A stretch of 64,000 nt of DNA, taken from the NCBI GenBank assembly GCA_044378005.1, contig JBILYB010000011.1; one strand, written 5' to 3'. The notes under the pieces were generated by a model that was not told where the DNA came from, did not search any database, and saw only the letters and a list, made by a program, of their open reading frames with translations. Source of the DNA: Prosthecobacter sp. (lineage in GTDB: Bacteria > Verrucomicrobiota > Verrucomicrobiia > Verrucomicrobiales > Verrucomicrobiaceae). Shown one piece after another: positions 27,759 through 36,967 of this stretch (position 1 is the first letter of the stretch; the number at the start of each line of letters is the position of its first letter). Made by a program: the position numbers and the translations under genes.

Positions 27759-28796
27759 ATGGTCACCGACGTCCAGATCACCAAGCGCAAGGAGTTCCTG
27801 CCGCTCACTGATGAACTGGAAACCTACCTCGATCAGTTCGGACGACGCTACTCACTGCCCGCGACTTACCAGGACCTACTGAACTTCACGGAAAGCTACC
27901 CGCTCGACGACAAAAACGGCAATCCCACACACTGGTCCACGGTGCTGTATCCTCGTGAGGTGCAGCAGGATCTCTATCCGCGTCTGACGAGCATCTACTC
28001 CCTCCTACGCACGGGTGATCTCCACGCCGTGCCGCATCTTTACGTGGAGCGACTGGACTACTGTGAGTTTGGCAATTCGCGCCCCTTTCGCGTGCGGGTG
28101 GTCAACCAGTACAACGACAACTACGATCACCTTTATGTGAAACGCGCCGATGCTTCGCGTGTGTATGGCCTGGAACTGGAACATCTGCTTTCCCCAAACC
28201 GGATCAACTACCTCGCGCACAGTGGCACGCTGGTGGAAGAGCACATCGCCGGCATCCCAGGGGATGCCTTCATCCGGGATTACCTGGATCGCCCAGACAT
28301 TAACGAGGTCCGTATCGCCAAAGAGTTCGTGAAGTTCAGCGAGCGTTGCTTCATCCGCCTGCTCGGAGATATGCGCAGCTACAACTACGTCATCGACATC
28401 ACGCCCGACTTCGAGGACTTACAGTATCGCGTCCGCGCCATCGACTTTGACCAGCAGAGCTACGAGGGGCGCCGCACGCTCTATCTCCCGCAGTTTTTCA
28501 AAGAGAACAATCCAGTCGTCAAACTCTGCACCAAGTGCCTGAACGTACCGACCATGCATCAGTATCAGGATGAGGAGCGCACCCTCATCGCCCGCCGATA
28601 CATCAGCGAGCACCAGCGCATCCATAACCTGCTCGACTGCATGAAGGCCAACCCCATGGAACCGCCGGAGAAAATGCAGCAGCTCGCCCGTGAACTCGGC
28701 GAACATCATAACACCGACCGCTTCAAGTCCTGCGCGAGCATGGGCGATGTGGTGGAGCGAAATCTTGAATTCACTCTCGGAAGACATCTGACTTAA
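27759..28796 (+). CDS. Hypothetical protein with atypical kinase-like motifs
   Basis: 345 aa with strong codon bias. Motifs YVK, ELE, GDMRSYN and IDFD. Confidence 0.8.
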   Translation: MVTDVQITKRKEFLPLTDELETYLDQFGRRYSLPATYQDLLNFTESYPLDDKNGNPTHWSTVLYPREVQQDLYPRLTSIYSLLRTGDLHAVPHLYVERLDYCEFGNSRPFRVRVVNQYNDNYDHLYVKRADASRVYGLELEHLLSPNRINYLAHSGTLVEEHIAGIPGDAFIRDYLDRPDINEVRIAKEFVKFSERCFIRLLGDMRSYNYVIDITPDFEDLQYRVRAIDFDQQSYEGRRTLYLPQFFKENNPVVKLCTKCLNVPTMHQYQDEERTLIARRYISEHQRIHNLLDCMKANPMEPPEKMQQLARELGEHHNTDRFKSCASMGDVVERNLEFTLGRHLT

Positions 28797-28797
28797 T

Positions 28798-28822
28798 GTA
28801 GAGGAGAGAAACGCCTCTCCAC
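28798..28822 (+). repeat. Single GTAG-type REP-like hairpin
   Basis: GTAG-A-GGAGAG-aaacgc-CTCTCC-AC, filling the short intergenic gap. Confidence 0.4.
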
Positions 28823-28829
28823 GCTGCAC

Positions 28830-30065
28830 ATGTCCACCCGCCGCTCCTTTCTCCTCTCATCAGGTGCCGCCGCACTCACCGGCTGCCAGATGTCATCTCC
28901 GCAAATCATGCCCACAGCACAGGGCGGCCCCTTCATGCTGGGGATCGATATGCTCGCGGCGCGGAACTTTGACCTGCTTCGCGGACGCCGCGTGGGACTC
29001 ATCACCAATCATACAGCCTACACCAGCCGAGGTGAAATGACGCGAGTCGCGATGAAACGTGCACTAGGTACCGGGCTCGTGGCCCTCTATGGACCGGAGC
29101 ATGGCATCGACGGCCATGTTCCTGCGGGAAAGCACATCGCCACCAAGCGGGATTCCGTCACTGGCCTGATCGTTCACTCCCTCTACGGCCCCACCCGCAA
29201 ACCCACACCACAGCAACTTGCCGCCATCGACACCCTCGTCTTTGACGTGCAGGACATCGGCTGCCGCAGCTACACTTATATTAGCACCATGGTCGTGGCG
29301 ATGGAAGCCGCCGCTGAGCAGGGCAAAACCTTTATCGTGCTTGATCGCCCGAACCCAATGGGTGGCTGGCGCGTCGAAGGCCCTCCTGTCGAATCGCGCT
29401 GGAAGTCCTTCGTCAGCCAGATCCCCATTCCTTATGTTCACGGCATGACCGTCGGCGAACTTGCCATGATGACTGCCGCAAACGGCTGGATCTCACGCTC
29501 TCCAAAGCTCACCGTGGTGAAAATGCAGAGCTGGGGCCGGAACATGGCCTGGGGAAACACCGGACTGCGCTGGCATGCCACCTCCCCCAACATCCCCCAC
29601 GCCACATCGCCGCTCTACTATGTGGCCACCGGAATGCTGGGTGGAGCTGCTGCCGTCGATGTCGGTATCGGCACCGAAAATCCCTTTGGCTATGCAGGCG
29701 GCAGCGGCGTCAATCCTCAGGCCATGCTGGCTGCATGCCGTGGTTTCGGAGCCAGCGGAGTCAGCTTTTCCCCCTATTCACGGAATGGCTTCGGTGGCGT
29801 CCGTCTGAACATCCACCCTCATGCCCAGGCCAATCTTACCGGCCTGGATGTCCAGATGCTGGATGCCGTCAACCGACTCACAAGCGGTCGTGCGCTTGTC
29901 CGAATGAGCGGAGATAAGCTCAACCTTTTCCACAAAGTCTATGGCAGTGAGTCCCTTTACACCCAGCTCCGCCACGGAGTGCCTGCCAGCCGGATCATTG
30001 CCGGATGGGCTGGTTACACCTCATCCTTTCGGAGTGCCCGCCAGAGATACTTGATGTATGCCTGA
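28830..30065 (+). CDS. namZ: Exo-beta-N-acetylmuramidase NamZ (DUF1343)
   Basis: Tat/lipoprotein signal, GLITNHT, GPEHGIDG, FDVQDIGCRSYTYIST, LDRPNP and HGMTVGEL. Confidence 0.9.
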   Translation: MSTRRSFLLSSGAAALTGCQMSSPQIMPTAQGGPFMLGIDMLAARNFDLLRGRRVGLITNHTAYTSRGEMTRVAMKRALGTGLVALYGPEHGIDGHVPAGKHIATKRDSVTGLIVHSLYGPTRKPTPQQLAAIDTLVFDVQDIGCRSYTYISTMVVAMEAAAEQGKTFIVLDRPNPMGGWRVEGPPVESRWKSFVSQIPIPYVHGMTVGELAMMTAANGWISRSPKLTVVKMQSWGRNMAWGNTGLRWHATSPNIPHATSPLYYVATGMLGGAAAVDVGIGTENPFGYAGGSGVNPQAMLAACRGFGASGVSFSPYSRNGFGGVRLNIHPHAQANLTGLDVQMLDAVNRLTSGRALVRMSGDKLNLFHKVYGSESLYTQLRHGVPASRIIAGWAGYTSSFRSARQRYLMYA

Positions 30066-30170
30066 AGAATGAAATCCTTGAATTCATCAGAAACGAAAGC
30101 TCCTGCAATGGCCCGGAAAAGGCTTTGTTCTCTGTGAAATAAAGGTTTCAGAAAAAAGATCACCAGAACA

Positions 30171-30200
30171 TTGACACTCAACACGCAGCCCTCTTATATT
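30171..30200 (+). promoter_or_regulatory. Sigma70-type promoter of the bactofilin operon
   Basis: TTGACA (30171-30176), an 18-nt spacer, then TATATT (30195-30200). Confidence 0.65.
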
Positions 30201-30208
30201 CCATTCCC

Positions 30209-30727
30209 ATGCTCAGGCAAATAATCGGACAACCCAACGAAAGTCAAAAGGACACACGTGCTGAAACACCCGCGCCAGCCTCACCGGCTGAACGCGCTCC
30301 ACTGCTCTCCACCCATGCTCCTGCTGCACAACCTCAACGCGCCACCTCATCTTCTTTCTCTATGACATCCAGCAAAAATGTCCTCGCCAACGACGTCGAA
30401 ATCAAAGGCTCCATCAAATTCTCCCATGACCTCATCATTGACGGTAAAATCGAAGGCGAAGTCGTCTCCGATGGCAGCCTCACCGTCGGTGAAAACGCGC
30501 TGATCAAGGGTGAAGTCAAGACACGCTCGGTCATCATCTTCGGCAAGGTCGAAGGCAATATCACCGTCGCTGAGCGCTGCGAACTCAAGAGCAACGCCAT
30601 CCTCGTCGGAGACATCGCCGCTGGCACTCTCTCCATCGAAGAGGGTGCGACATTCATGGGTCAATCCTCCGTGGGTAAAAAAGCCGATGCTCCCAAACCT
30701 GCTGGCGGCCCCCGCCCCCAACCTTAA
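30209..30727 (+). CDS. Bactofilin (polymer-forming cytoskeletal protein)
   Basis: 'DVEIKGSIKF...IDGKIEGEV...TVGENALIKGEV...IEEGATFMGQS'. Confidence 0.92.
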   Translation: MLRQIIGQPNESQKDTRAETPAPASPAERAPLLSTHAPAAQPQRATSSSFSMTSSKNVLANDVEIKGSIKFSHDLIIDGKIEGEVVSDGSLTVGENALIKGEVKTRSVIIFGKVEGNITVAERCELKSNAILVGDIAAGTLSIEEGATFMGQSSVGKKADAPKPAGGPRPQP

Positions 30728-30742
30728 TTAGCGACTCCCTTC

Positions 30743-31888
30743 GTGTTTCGAAGACTTTTCGGCCCGAAAAGTGATCGCCCGACACCACCTAAAGGACAAA
30801 TTGAGGTGGTGTGTCCGACCTGTGGCGCGGCTCAGTTTGAGCCGCGCCTTGTTGTTTCCACTTTTTGCAAAAAGTGTGGCGTCCATCTCTCCATCACCCG
30901 TGGCAAAGTCTCTGCTTCGGGAGTGAGCCGCGCAGGTGGCAAAATCGATAACAGTGCCTGGGATACCCCGGCTCCGGCGAAGGAACCAACCAGCCAGCCC
31001 ACAGCTCAGGTGCCTCAAACCAGCAGGCGAACACTCACACCGATCAACGCTGCCCACGCCGAGCCAGAGCAGCTCGAGTTCGCGAAGCCCATTTCTCAAG
31101 AAGAAGAGGCCGAGGGTGGTTTCGGGGTCTTCCTCAAACAGCAGGCAGCATCCAGCCCAGAGCCTTTGCCAGCAGCCCAAGTGCCTGAAGTCATCACCGA
31201 AGCACCACCTGAGCCCAGGGTGCTGGAAGCTCCGGTAGCGCGCCGTCCGCAATCCAACTCCCCGCCGCCCACCCCTGCACCGGAGCCCATGTCCGCCAGC
31301 ACGCTGCAAAAAATGCGGGACCAGGGCGTCTATCGAAACGCCTACTTCAAAGACGCGGACTGTTTTGAATGCGGTCATAAATTCAAAGTTAGCCGTTCCT
31401 CCCGCTCCGCCAACTGCCCCCATTGCGGCTCTCTCATCTCCCTCGAAGACATTGAGATCAACATGGCCACCAATCAGGCTATCAAAACGCGTGGAGATGT
31501 CCTCATCCGCAAGCGCGGCCATCTCTCCACCGATCTCATCATCTGCCGGGACATCCGCTGCCAGGGCATCGTCGAGGCCAATATCCAAGCCAGCGGTGAT
31601 GCCGTCTTTCGCACCGTCGGAAACATCATTGGCGAGGTACACTGCAAACGCTTCATCATCGAAAAAGGAGCGGATGTTACCTTCCTAAACCTCATCCATG
31701 CCGAGGAGACAGACATCCAGGCCAAGATCACTGGCACCATCCTTTGCACCGGCCCCCTAACCATCGGCAAAGATGGTGCCGTCTTTGGCGATGTCACCGC
31801 CCGCTCGATCAATATCGAACCCGGCGGCGAACTCAACGGTGCCATGAACATTGTGCGCACCCAGACCATGCCCAGGCCGGCGATTTAG
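30743..31888 (+). CDS. Bactofilin-domain protein with two zinc ribbons
   Basis: CPTC/CKKC and CFEC/CPHC pairs, a Pro-rich linker, and C-terminal bactofilin repeats ending 'IEPGGELNGAMNI'. Confidence 0.85.
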   Translation: MFRRLFGPKSDRPTPPKGQIEVVCPTCGAAQFEPRLVVSTFCKKCGVHLSITRGKVSASGVSRAGGKIDNSAWDTPAPAKEPTSQPTAQVPQTSRRTLTPINAAHAEPEQLEFAKPISQEEEAEGGFGVFLKQQAASSPEPLPAAQVPEVITEAPPEPRVLEAPVARRPQSNSPPPTPAPEPMSASTLQKMRDQGVYRNAYFKDADCFECGHKFKVSRSSRSANCPHCGSLISLEDIEINMATNQAIKTRGDVLIRKRGHLSTDLIICRDIRCQGIVEANIQASGDAVFRTVGNIIGEVHCKRFIIEKGADVTFLNLIHAEETDIQAKITGTILCTGPLTIGKDGAVFGDVTARSINIEPGGELNGAMNIVRTQTMPRPAI

Positions 31889-32490
31889 AGCGTCCGTCTG
31901 CCGTGCAGCGCCTGGTAAAGCGTCAGCTCATCTGCGTGATCCAGCCCGCCACCTGCGGGCAAACCCTGCGCCAGTCGAGTCACCGCCAGTCCCTCCGCTC
32001 GCAGAAGATCGTGGAGATAACTGGCCGTCGCCTCGCCCTCCACGTCCGAGCCCACGGCCAGGATCACCTCCTCCGCCTGCACGCGCTTCACGCGCTCCAG
32101 CAGCGGCTCGATCCGCAGATCCTCCGGCGTCACATTGTCCAGTGGGGAGAGCTTCCCGCCGAGCACATGGTACATTCCGTGAAACGCTCCCGACCTCTCC
32201 AGCCGCAATACGTCCGCCGCCTGCTCAACCACACAGATCAGCCGCTGCTGGCGCTTCGGATTGTGGCACAGCGCACATTCTTCCTCACGCTCGATGAAAA
32301 AGCCGCAGTCATCGCAGGCATGAACCCGCGCCGTGGCCTCTTTTAAAGCATCCACCATCGGCTCGATGCGCCCGCCGTCCTGCATCAGCCAGAGCATCAG
32401 CCGCTCGGCACTGCGCGGGCCCAGGCCTGGCAGCGACTTCAGTTGGGCAATCAGGCGGCGCAGCGGCGGAGGATAGTCGAGGGCGGCCAT
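31885..32490 (-). CDS. recR: Recombination mediator RecR
   Basis: LPGLGPRSAERL, CDDC...CALC, YHVLGGKLSPLD and VEGEATA. Confidence 0.95.
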   Translation of the reverse strand: MAALDYPPPLRRLIAQLKSLPGLGPRSAERLMLWLMQDGGRIEPMVDALKEATARVHACDDCGFFIEREEECALCHNPKRQQRLICVVEQAADVLRLERSGAFHGMYHVLGGKLSPLDNVTPEDLRIEPLLERVKRVQAEEVILAVGSDVEGEATASYLHDLLRAEGLAVTRLAQGLPAGGGLDHADELTLYQALHGRRTL

Positions 32491-32501
32491 GGCAGTGCAG
32501 A

Positions 32502-32921
32502 TCAGGCCTTCTCCAGCATCACCACGCCCGCCTCGGCGGGCATCGCGACCTTGCGGTAAAAACAAGTCGGACGGCTCGTGTGGCAGCAGCCACCACCACG
32601 CTGCTTCACCCGCAGGATCAGCGCATCCTGGTCACAGTCCGTGCGGATCTCGATCACATCCTGAAACTCACCACTCGTAGCACCCTTGTGCCAGCGTTCC
32701 TTCCGACTCCGGCTATAATACACCGCCTGGCCGAGCACCAGCGTCTCACGCAGCGTGTCCGCATTCATGTATGCCAGCATCAGCGGCTCGTTCGTGTCGG
32801 CATCCACCGCCATCGCCGCGATCAGACCATGCTCGTCAAACTTCGGCGCGAAGGCCAGACCTTCTTCGATGGTTTGCTTGGAGTCACGGGGGCCGAACTG
32901 GAGGGAAGACGCTTCTATCAT
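32502..32921 (-). CDS. hisI: Phosphoribosyl-AMP cyclohydrolase
   Basis: YYSRSRKERWHKGATSG, DCDQDAL and CHT...CFYR. Confidence 0.95.
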   Translation of the reverse strand: MIEASSLQFGPRDSKQTIEEGLAFAPKFDEHGLIAAMAVDADTNEPLMLAYMNADTLRETLVLGQAVYYSRSRKERWHKGATSGEFQDVIEIRTDCDQDALILRVKQRGGGCCHTSRPTCFYRKVAMPAEAGVVMLEKA

Positions 32922-33058
32922 GGGACGGCGGAGATAACCCCGCCGCCCGCCTTTGCCAAAACGAAAATGCTTTTGTTCGACATCGCCGGGCCACACGCTA
33001 AAAAGGCCGCTCCACTGCCCTCCGGGCCGTCTTTTCACCCGTGTACGCCGACTCCTCC

Positions 33059-33691
33059 ATGCCCGGTTTCCTGCTCTCCTTCGAAGGCTCCGAAGGTTGT
33101 GGCAAGTCCACCCAAATCCGCCTCCTCCAGCAGCACCTCGAAAGCACCGGCCAGAGCGTCGTGATCCTTCGCGAGCCCGGCGGCACCGAGATCGGCGAGG
33201 AGATCCGCCACCTCCTCCAGCACGCCAAGACCGGCACCGCCATGACCCCGGAGACCGAGCTCCTTCTCTTCGCCGCCAGCCGTGCGCAGATCGTTCGGGA
33301 AAAGGTCCGCCCCCTCCTCGCTTCCGGCACCTTTGTCATCCTGGACCGTTTCCTCGACTCCACCACCGTCTATCAGGGTCTCGCCCGCGGGCTGCCGCTC
33401 GACGCCGTCCGTGCCATCAACACTTTCGCCACCGGCGGCACACTCCCCCAGCTCACCGTCCTGCTCGATCTCGAAACCGACACCGCCTGGCAGCGTATCC
33501 ACGCCACCGGCCGCGAGCTTGACCGCATGGAGAGTCAACCCCGCGAGTTCTACGAAAAAGTCCGCCAGGGCTACCTCACCCTCGCGCGTGCTGAGCCCGC
33601 CCGCATCGCCATCGTCGATGCCTCGCACAGCCCCGAAGCCGTCCATGGCGAAATCCTGAAGCTCGTCGAGACTCACCGCCATGCCGTATAA
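33059..33691 (+). CDS. tmk: Thymidylate kinase
   Basis: FEGSEGCGKST, REPGGT, ELLLFAASRAQ and DRFLDST. Confidence 0.95.
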   Translation: MPGFLLSFEGSEGCGKSTQIRLLQQHLESTGQSVVILREPGGTEIGEEIRHLLQHAKTGTAMTPETELLLFAASRAQIVREKVRPLLASGTFVILDRFLDSTTVYQGLARGLPLDAVRAINTFATGGTLPQLTVLLDLETDTAWQRIHATGRELDRMESQPREFYEKVRQGYLTLARAEPARIAIVDASHSPEAVHGEILKLVETHRHAV

Positions 33692-34676
33692 AGCCGACCA
33701 CGCGCTCAGCCTCCTCACCCGTGCCCAGAAGCTCGGACGCATGGCCCACGCCTACCTCATCAGCGGCCCCCGCGAGGCCGGCTTGGAGGACTTCGCTTCC
33801 TCCGTCCTCAGTCTCGTCAGCCCCGTCCGCCACCGCAGCCTCGACGACTGGGCGCAGGATGGCGCCGTCATCCTTCGCCCCCAAAGCAAATCACGCCGCA
33901 TCTCCGTTGGCGATGACGCCAGCGAGGTCGGCACCATCCGCTTCCTGGAGCGCATGATCCATCGCACCACCGCCCCCGGCGGGCACAAGCTCGGCATCAT
34001 TGTCGATGCCGAGCGCATGACCATCCCCGCGCAAAACGCCTTTCTCAAAACCCTCGAAGAGCCGCCGCCCCGCACCCTCATCCTCCTCATCAGCAACCAT
34101 CCCGAGCAGCTCCTCACCACCATCCTCTCCCGCGTCATCCAGATGCCCCTCCTGCCCCCCGCAGGCGTCCGCCAGTTTGACGAACACGAGATGAAGCTCC
34201 TCGCCGTACTCCAGCAGCTCGCCAACCGCTCCACCGGCGGCATCGGAGCTGCCCTCGGATTAAAGACGGACTTCCAGTCCGTGATCGATGACCTCTACGA
34301 TGAGATCAAAAAGGAGCAGGAGGAGGAGTTCGAAAAGGAGCAGGACCACTACGCCAAAACCACTGACGGCACCTGGCTGAAGCAGCGGGAAGAAGAGGTC
34401 AGCGCCCAGATCGAAGCCCGTTACCTCCAGCGCCGCGATGCCCTCATGGATCTCGTCCTCGCCTGGATGGGCGACGTCGCCCGCCAGCAGGTGGGCGCTG
34501 CGAACCTCGACCTCCCCCAGTTCCAGCACGCCACCGCCCGCCTCGCCGAGCAGTGGAAACCCGAGGAGACAACCCAGCGCCTCCGGGCCATCCGCCAGCT
34601 CGAGCAACACCTGCACACAAACGTCAACGAAGGCCTCGCCCTTGAAGTCGCCTTCATTCAGGCCTTTGGGAAGTAA
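33681..34676 (+). CDS. holB: DNA polymerase III delta' subunit
   Basis: Follows tmk. Motifs 'AHAYLISG', 'AQNAFLKTLEEPP' and 'TILSR'. Confidence 0.9.
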   Translation: MPYKADHALSLLTRAQKLGRMAHAYLISGPREAGLEDFASSVLSLVSPVRHRSLDDWAQDGAVILRPQSKSRRISVGDDASEVGTIRFLERMIHRTTAPGGHKLGIIVDAERMTIPAQNAFLKTLEEPPPRTLILLISNHPEQLLTTILSRVIQMPLLPPAGVRQFDEHEMKLLAVLQQLANRSTGGIGAALGLKTDFQSVIDDLYDEIKKEQEEEFEKEQDHYAKTTDGTWLKQREEEVSAQIEARYLQRRDALMDLVLAWMGDVARQQVGAANLDLPQFQHATARLAEQWKPEETTQRLRAIRQLEQHLHTNVNEGLALEVAFIQAFGK

Positions 34677-34744
34677 GGGATGAGCCTGCTCTGCTGATCC
34701 AGGCTTGCAGCGGATGACAGGTCGTGGGATGGGAGGGGCTGACC

Positions 34745-35392
34745 ATGCCTGACTCACGCCTAGTGCTCGCCATTGATCTCTCCACGCCGCGTGGGGTGTT
34801 GGCCGTGGTGCGCGGTGACCTAGTGCTGTTTGAAGCGACGTTTCAATCGGAGCGCTCGCACAATGCGCAGGTCTTTGCCCCGCTGGGCGAGGCGTTGGAT
34901 GCGATGCCGGCGAACGAAAAAGCCGTCATGGTGGTGGGCACGGGGCCAGGATCATACACGGGCGTGCGGATCAGCATCGCGGCGGCGCAGGGAATTGCCT
35001 TGTCCCGTGGCTGGGAGCTGCTGGGCTGGCCCTCCATCGCCACCTCTGAACTCGCCAGTTACGCTGTGCTGGGAGATGCCCGGCGAGGCCAGTTTTATCA
35101 TGCACTCATCCATGACGGACGCATGACTCATGCTCCAGTCCTCGTCCCGGCGGAAAAAGCCACCGCGCTCGTGGCAGACGGTGGCACCTGGCTGAGCTAC
35201 GATGAGCGTGCGCCTCTTGGCTTGCCAGTGACCATGGCCACGCCTGACGCCGCAGCGCTCGGAAAGTTCATCTCACGTCTGCCTGAAGCGGAGTTTCAGC
35301 AGGGCTGCACAGCCACACTGGAGCCCTTTTATTTGCAGGAAGCATTCATTACCGTAGCCCGAAAAGCAGGCAAGCACGTTCCTCCTGTGTGA
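34745..35392 (+). CDS. tsaB: tRNA threonylcarbamoyladenosine biosynthesis protein TsaB
   Basis: LAIDLST, GTGPGSYTGVRI and DARRGQFY. Confidence 0.92.
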   Translation: MPDSRLVLAIDLSTPRGVLAVVRGDLVLFEATFQSERSHNAQVFAPLGEALDAMPANEKAVMVVGTGPGSYTGVRISIAAAQGIALSRGWELLGWPSIATSELASYAVLGDARRGQFYHALIHDGRMTHAPVLVPAEKATALVADGGTWLSYDERAPLGLPVTMATPDAAALGKFISRLPEAEFQQGCTATLEPFYLQEAFITVARKAGKHVPPV

Positions 35393-35483
35393 GAATCCTG
35401 ACAGCGCAGACAGACATCTCTTTCAGAACGCGTGTTGACGGCGGAGACTCAACCAGCTACGAAAACGACTTCTTTACCGCCAA

Positions 35484-36935
35484 ATGTCATCTCCCCAGGA
35501 TTCCCGCATTCTCATTGTGGACGCCGACTCAGATTTTCTGAGCTGGGCTTGCAGCCATTTGAAAGCGCCAGGCGTGACTGTCGTCACCGCGGAACGTGCG
35601 GAAGAAGCCGTGGCTTCCTACCAGAAGCTCCGTGCAGATCTCGTGCTGGCGGAAGTACGTCTTCCGGGCACGAACGGCATCGAGCTGCTCAAGCGCCTGC
35701 GCATGAATGACCCAAACGCCATGGTCATCCTCTTCAGCGGTCTGGCGAGCAACAGCAATGTGATCGAGGCGATGCGTCTCGGTGCCTACGATGTGCTGGG
35801 CAAGGAAAAGCTGCCCTACGAGCTGCGCACCGTCGTCGAAAGCGCCCTGAGGGCCAATGAGTCCCGCCGCGTGACCCGCGCCCTGGCTGCCGAGGTGCCC
35901 GCCGAGACCATTCAGGAGACCATCATCGGACGCTCGGCCCCAATCCAGGAAGTCTTTAAAATGATCGGCCGCGTCTCCCGCAGTGATGCGCCGGTGATGA
36001 TCACGGGCGAGAGCGGCTGCGGGAAGGAACTCGTGGCCCGTGCAGTCCACAAATTCAGCCCGCGTTCGCCGAAGGAGTTTGTGGGGATCAACATCACCTC
36101 CATCCCGGACAATCTGATGGAGAGCGAGCTCTTCGGGCATGAGAAGGGTAGCTTCACAGGTGCCGTGACCCAGCGTGTGGGCCGCTTTGAGCAGTGCGAT
36201 GGCGGCACTCTTTTTCTCGATGAGATCGGAGACATGCCGCTGGCCGTGCAGAGCAAGCTGCTGCGCGTGCTCCAGGAAGGTGAGTTTTGCCGTGTGGGCA
36301 GCAATCAGACGCTGAAGTGTGATGTGCGCATCCTGGCAGCGACGAACAAGGATCTCGAAACCGAAGTGTCCAAGGGCACCTTCCGAGAAGACCTTTTTTA
36401 CCGCCTGAACGTCGTGCGCATCCACATCCCACCGCTGCGTGAACGCCGCGACGATGTGCGGTTGCTGGCGGAGTTTTTCCTTCAGCGCCAGTCAGCACGC
36501 CGTCGTGGACCGCTCATGCGTTTCACTGAAGATGCACTCGGCCTGCTCGAAGCCTACGACTGGCCGGGCAATGTGCGTGAACTGGAAAACACCATCCAGC
36601 GTGCCTGCGCTCTGGCAAACTCGGACGTGCTCCTGCCCTCGGACATCCCGCTGGGCAGCATCGCGAACAGCCGCTTCACCCATCCGGCAAACACGGTGAC
36701 ACGGATGAAGGACGCACTCTCCATGCTCATCAGCGTGGCGCAGACACAGCCTGACATTGACCTCATTCCCTGGGTGGAAAAAGAACTCTGTCGCCTGGCC
36801 TACCGCCACTACGAAGATGACATCGGCAAGACCGCCAAGTTCCTCGGCATCTCTGCTGAGGATCTACAGACCCAGCTAGATCTGACGCCATCTGGAAAGT
36901 CGCCCAAGAAGCCTGTAGGCAAGAAAGCGGCGTGA
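35484..36935 (+). CDS. Sigma54-dependent transcriptional regulator (NtrC family) with atypical receiver
   Basis: GESGCGKE, ESELFGHEKGSFTGA, LFLDEIGDM, WPGNVREL and a C-terminal HTH. Confidence 0.93.
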   Translation: MSSPQDSRILIVDADSDFLSWACSHLKAPGVTVVTAERAEEAVASYQKLRADLVLAEVRLPGTNGIELLKRLRMNDPNAMVILFSGLASNSNVIEAMRLGAYDVLGKEKLPYELRTVVESALRANESRRVTRALAAEVPAETIQETIIGRSAPIQEVFKMIGRVSRSDAPVMITGESGCGKELVARAVHKFSPRSPKEFVGINITSIPDNLMESELFGHEKGSFTGAVTQRVGRFEQCDGGTLFLDEIGDMPLAVQSKLLRVLQEGEFCRVGSNQTLKCDVRILAATNKDLETEVSKGTFREDLFYRLNVVRIHIPPLRERRDDVRLLAEFFLQRQSARRRGPLMRFTEDALGLLEAYDWPGNVRELENTIQRACALANSDVLLPSDIPLGSIANSRFTHPANTVTRMKDALSMLISVAQTQPDIDLIPWVEKELCRLAYRHYEDDIGKTAKFLGISAEDLQTQLDLTPSGKSPKKPVGKKAA

Positions 36936-36967
36936 GTTGAGCGACTTACGCACTCAAGCGCCAGTTA

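Noticed and set aside
33681-34676. Degenerate Walker A and acidic helical insertion in HolB
   Set aside because: Delta' subunits are naturally ATPase-inactive and variable, and the tmk-holB context is standard.
35443-35465. TTGACG-17nt-TACGAA promoter-like sequence before the sigma54 activator
   Set aside because: The -10 match is too weak (3/6) to support.
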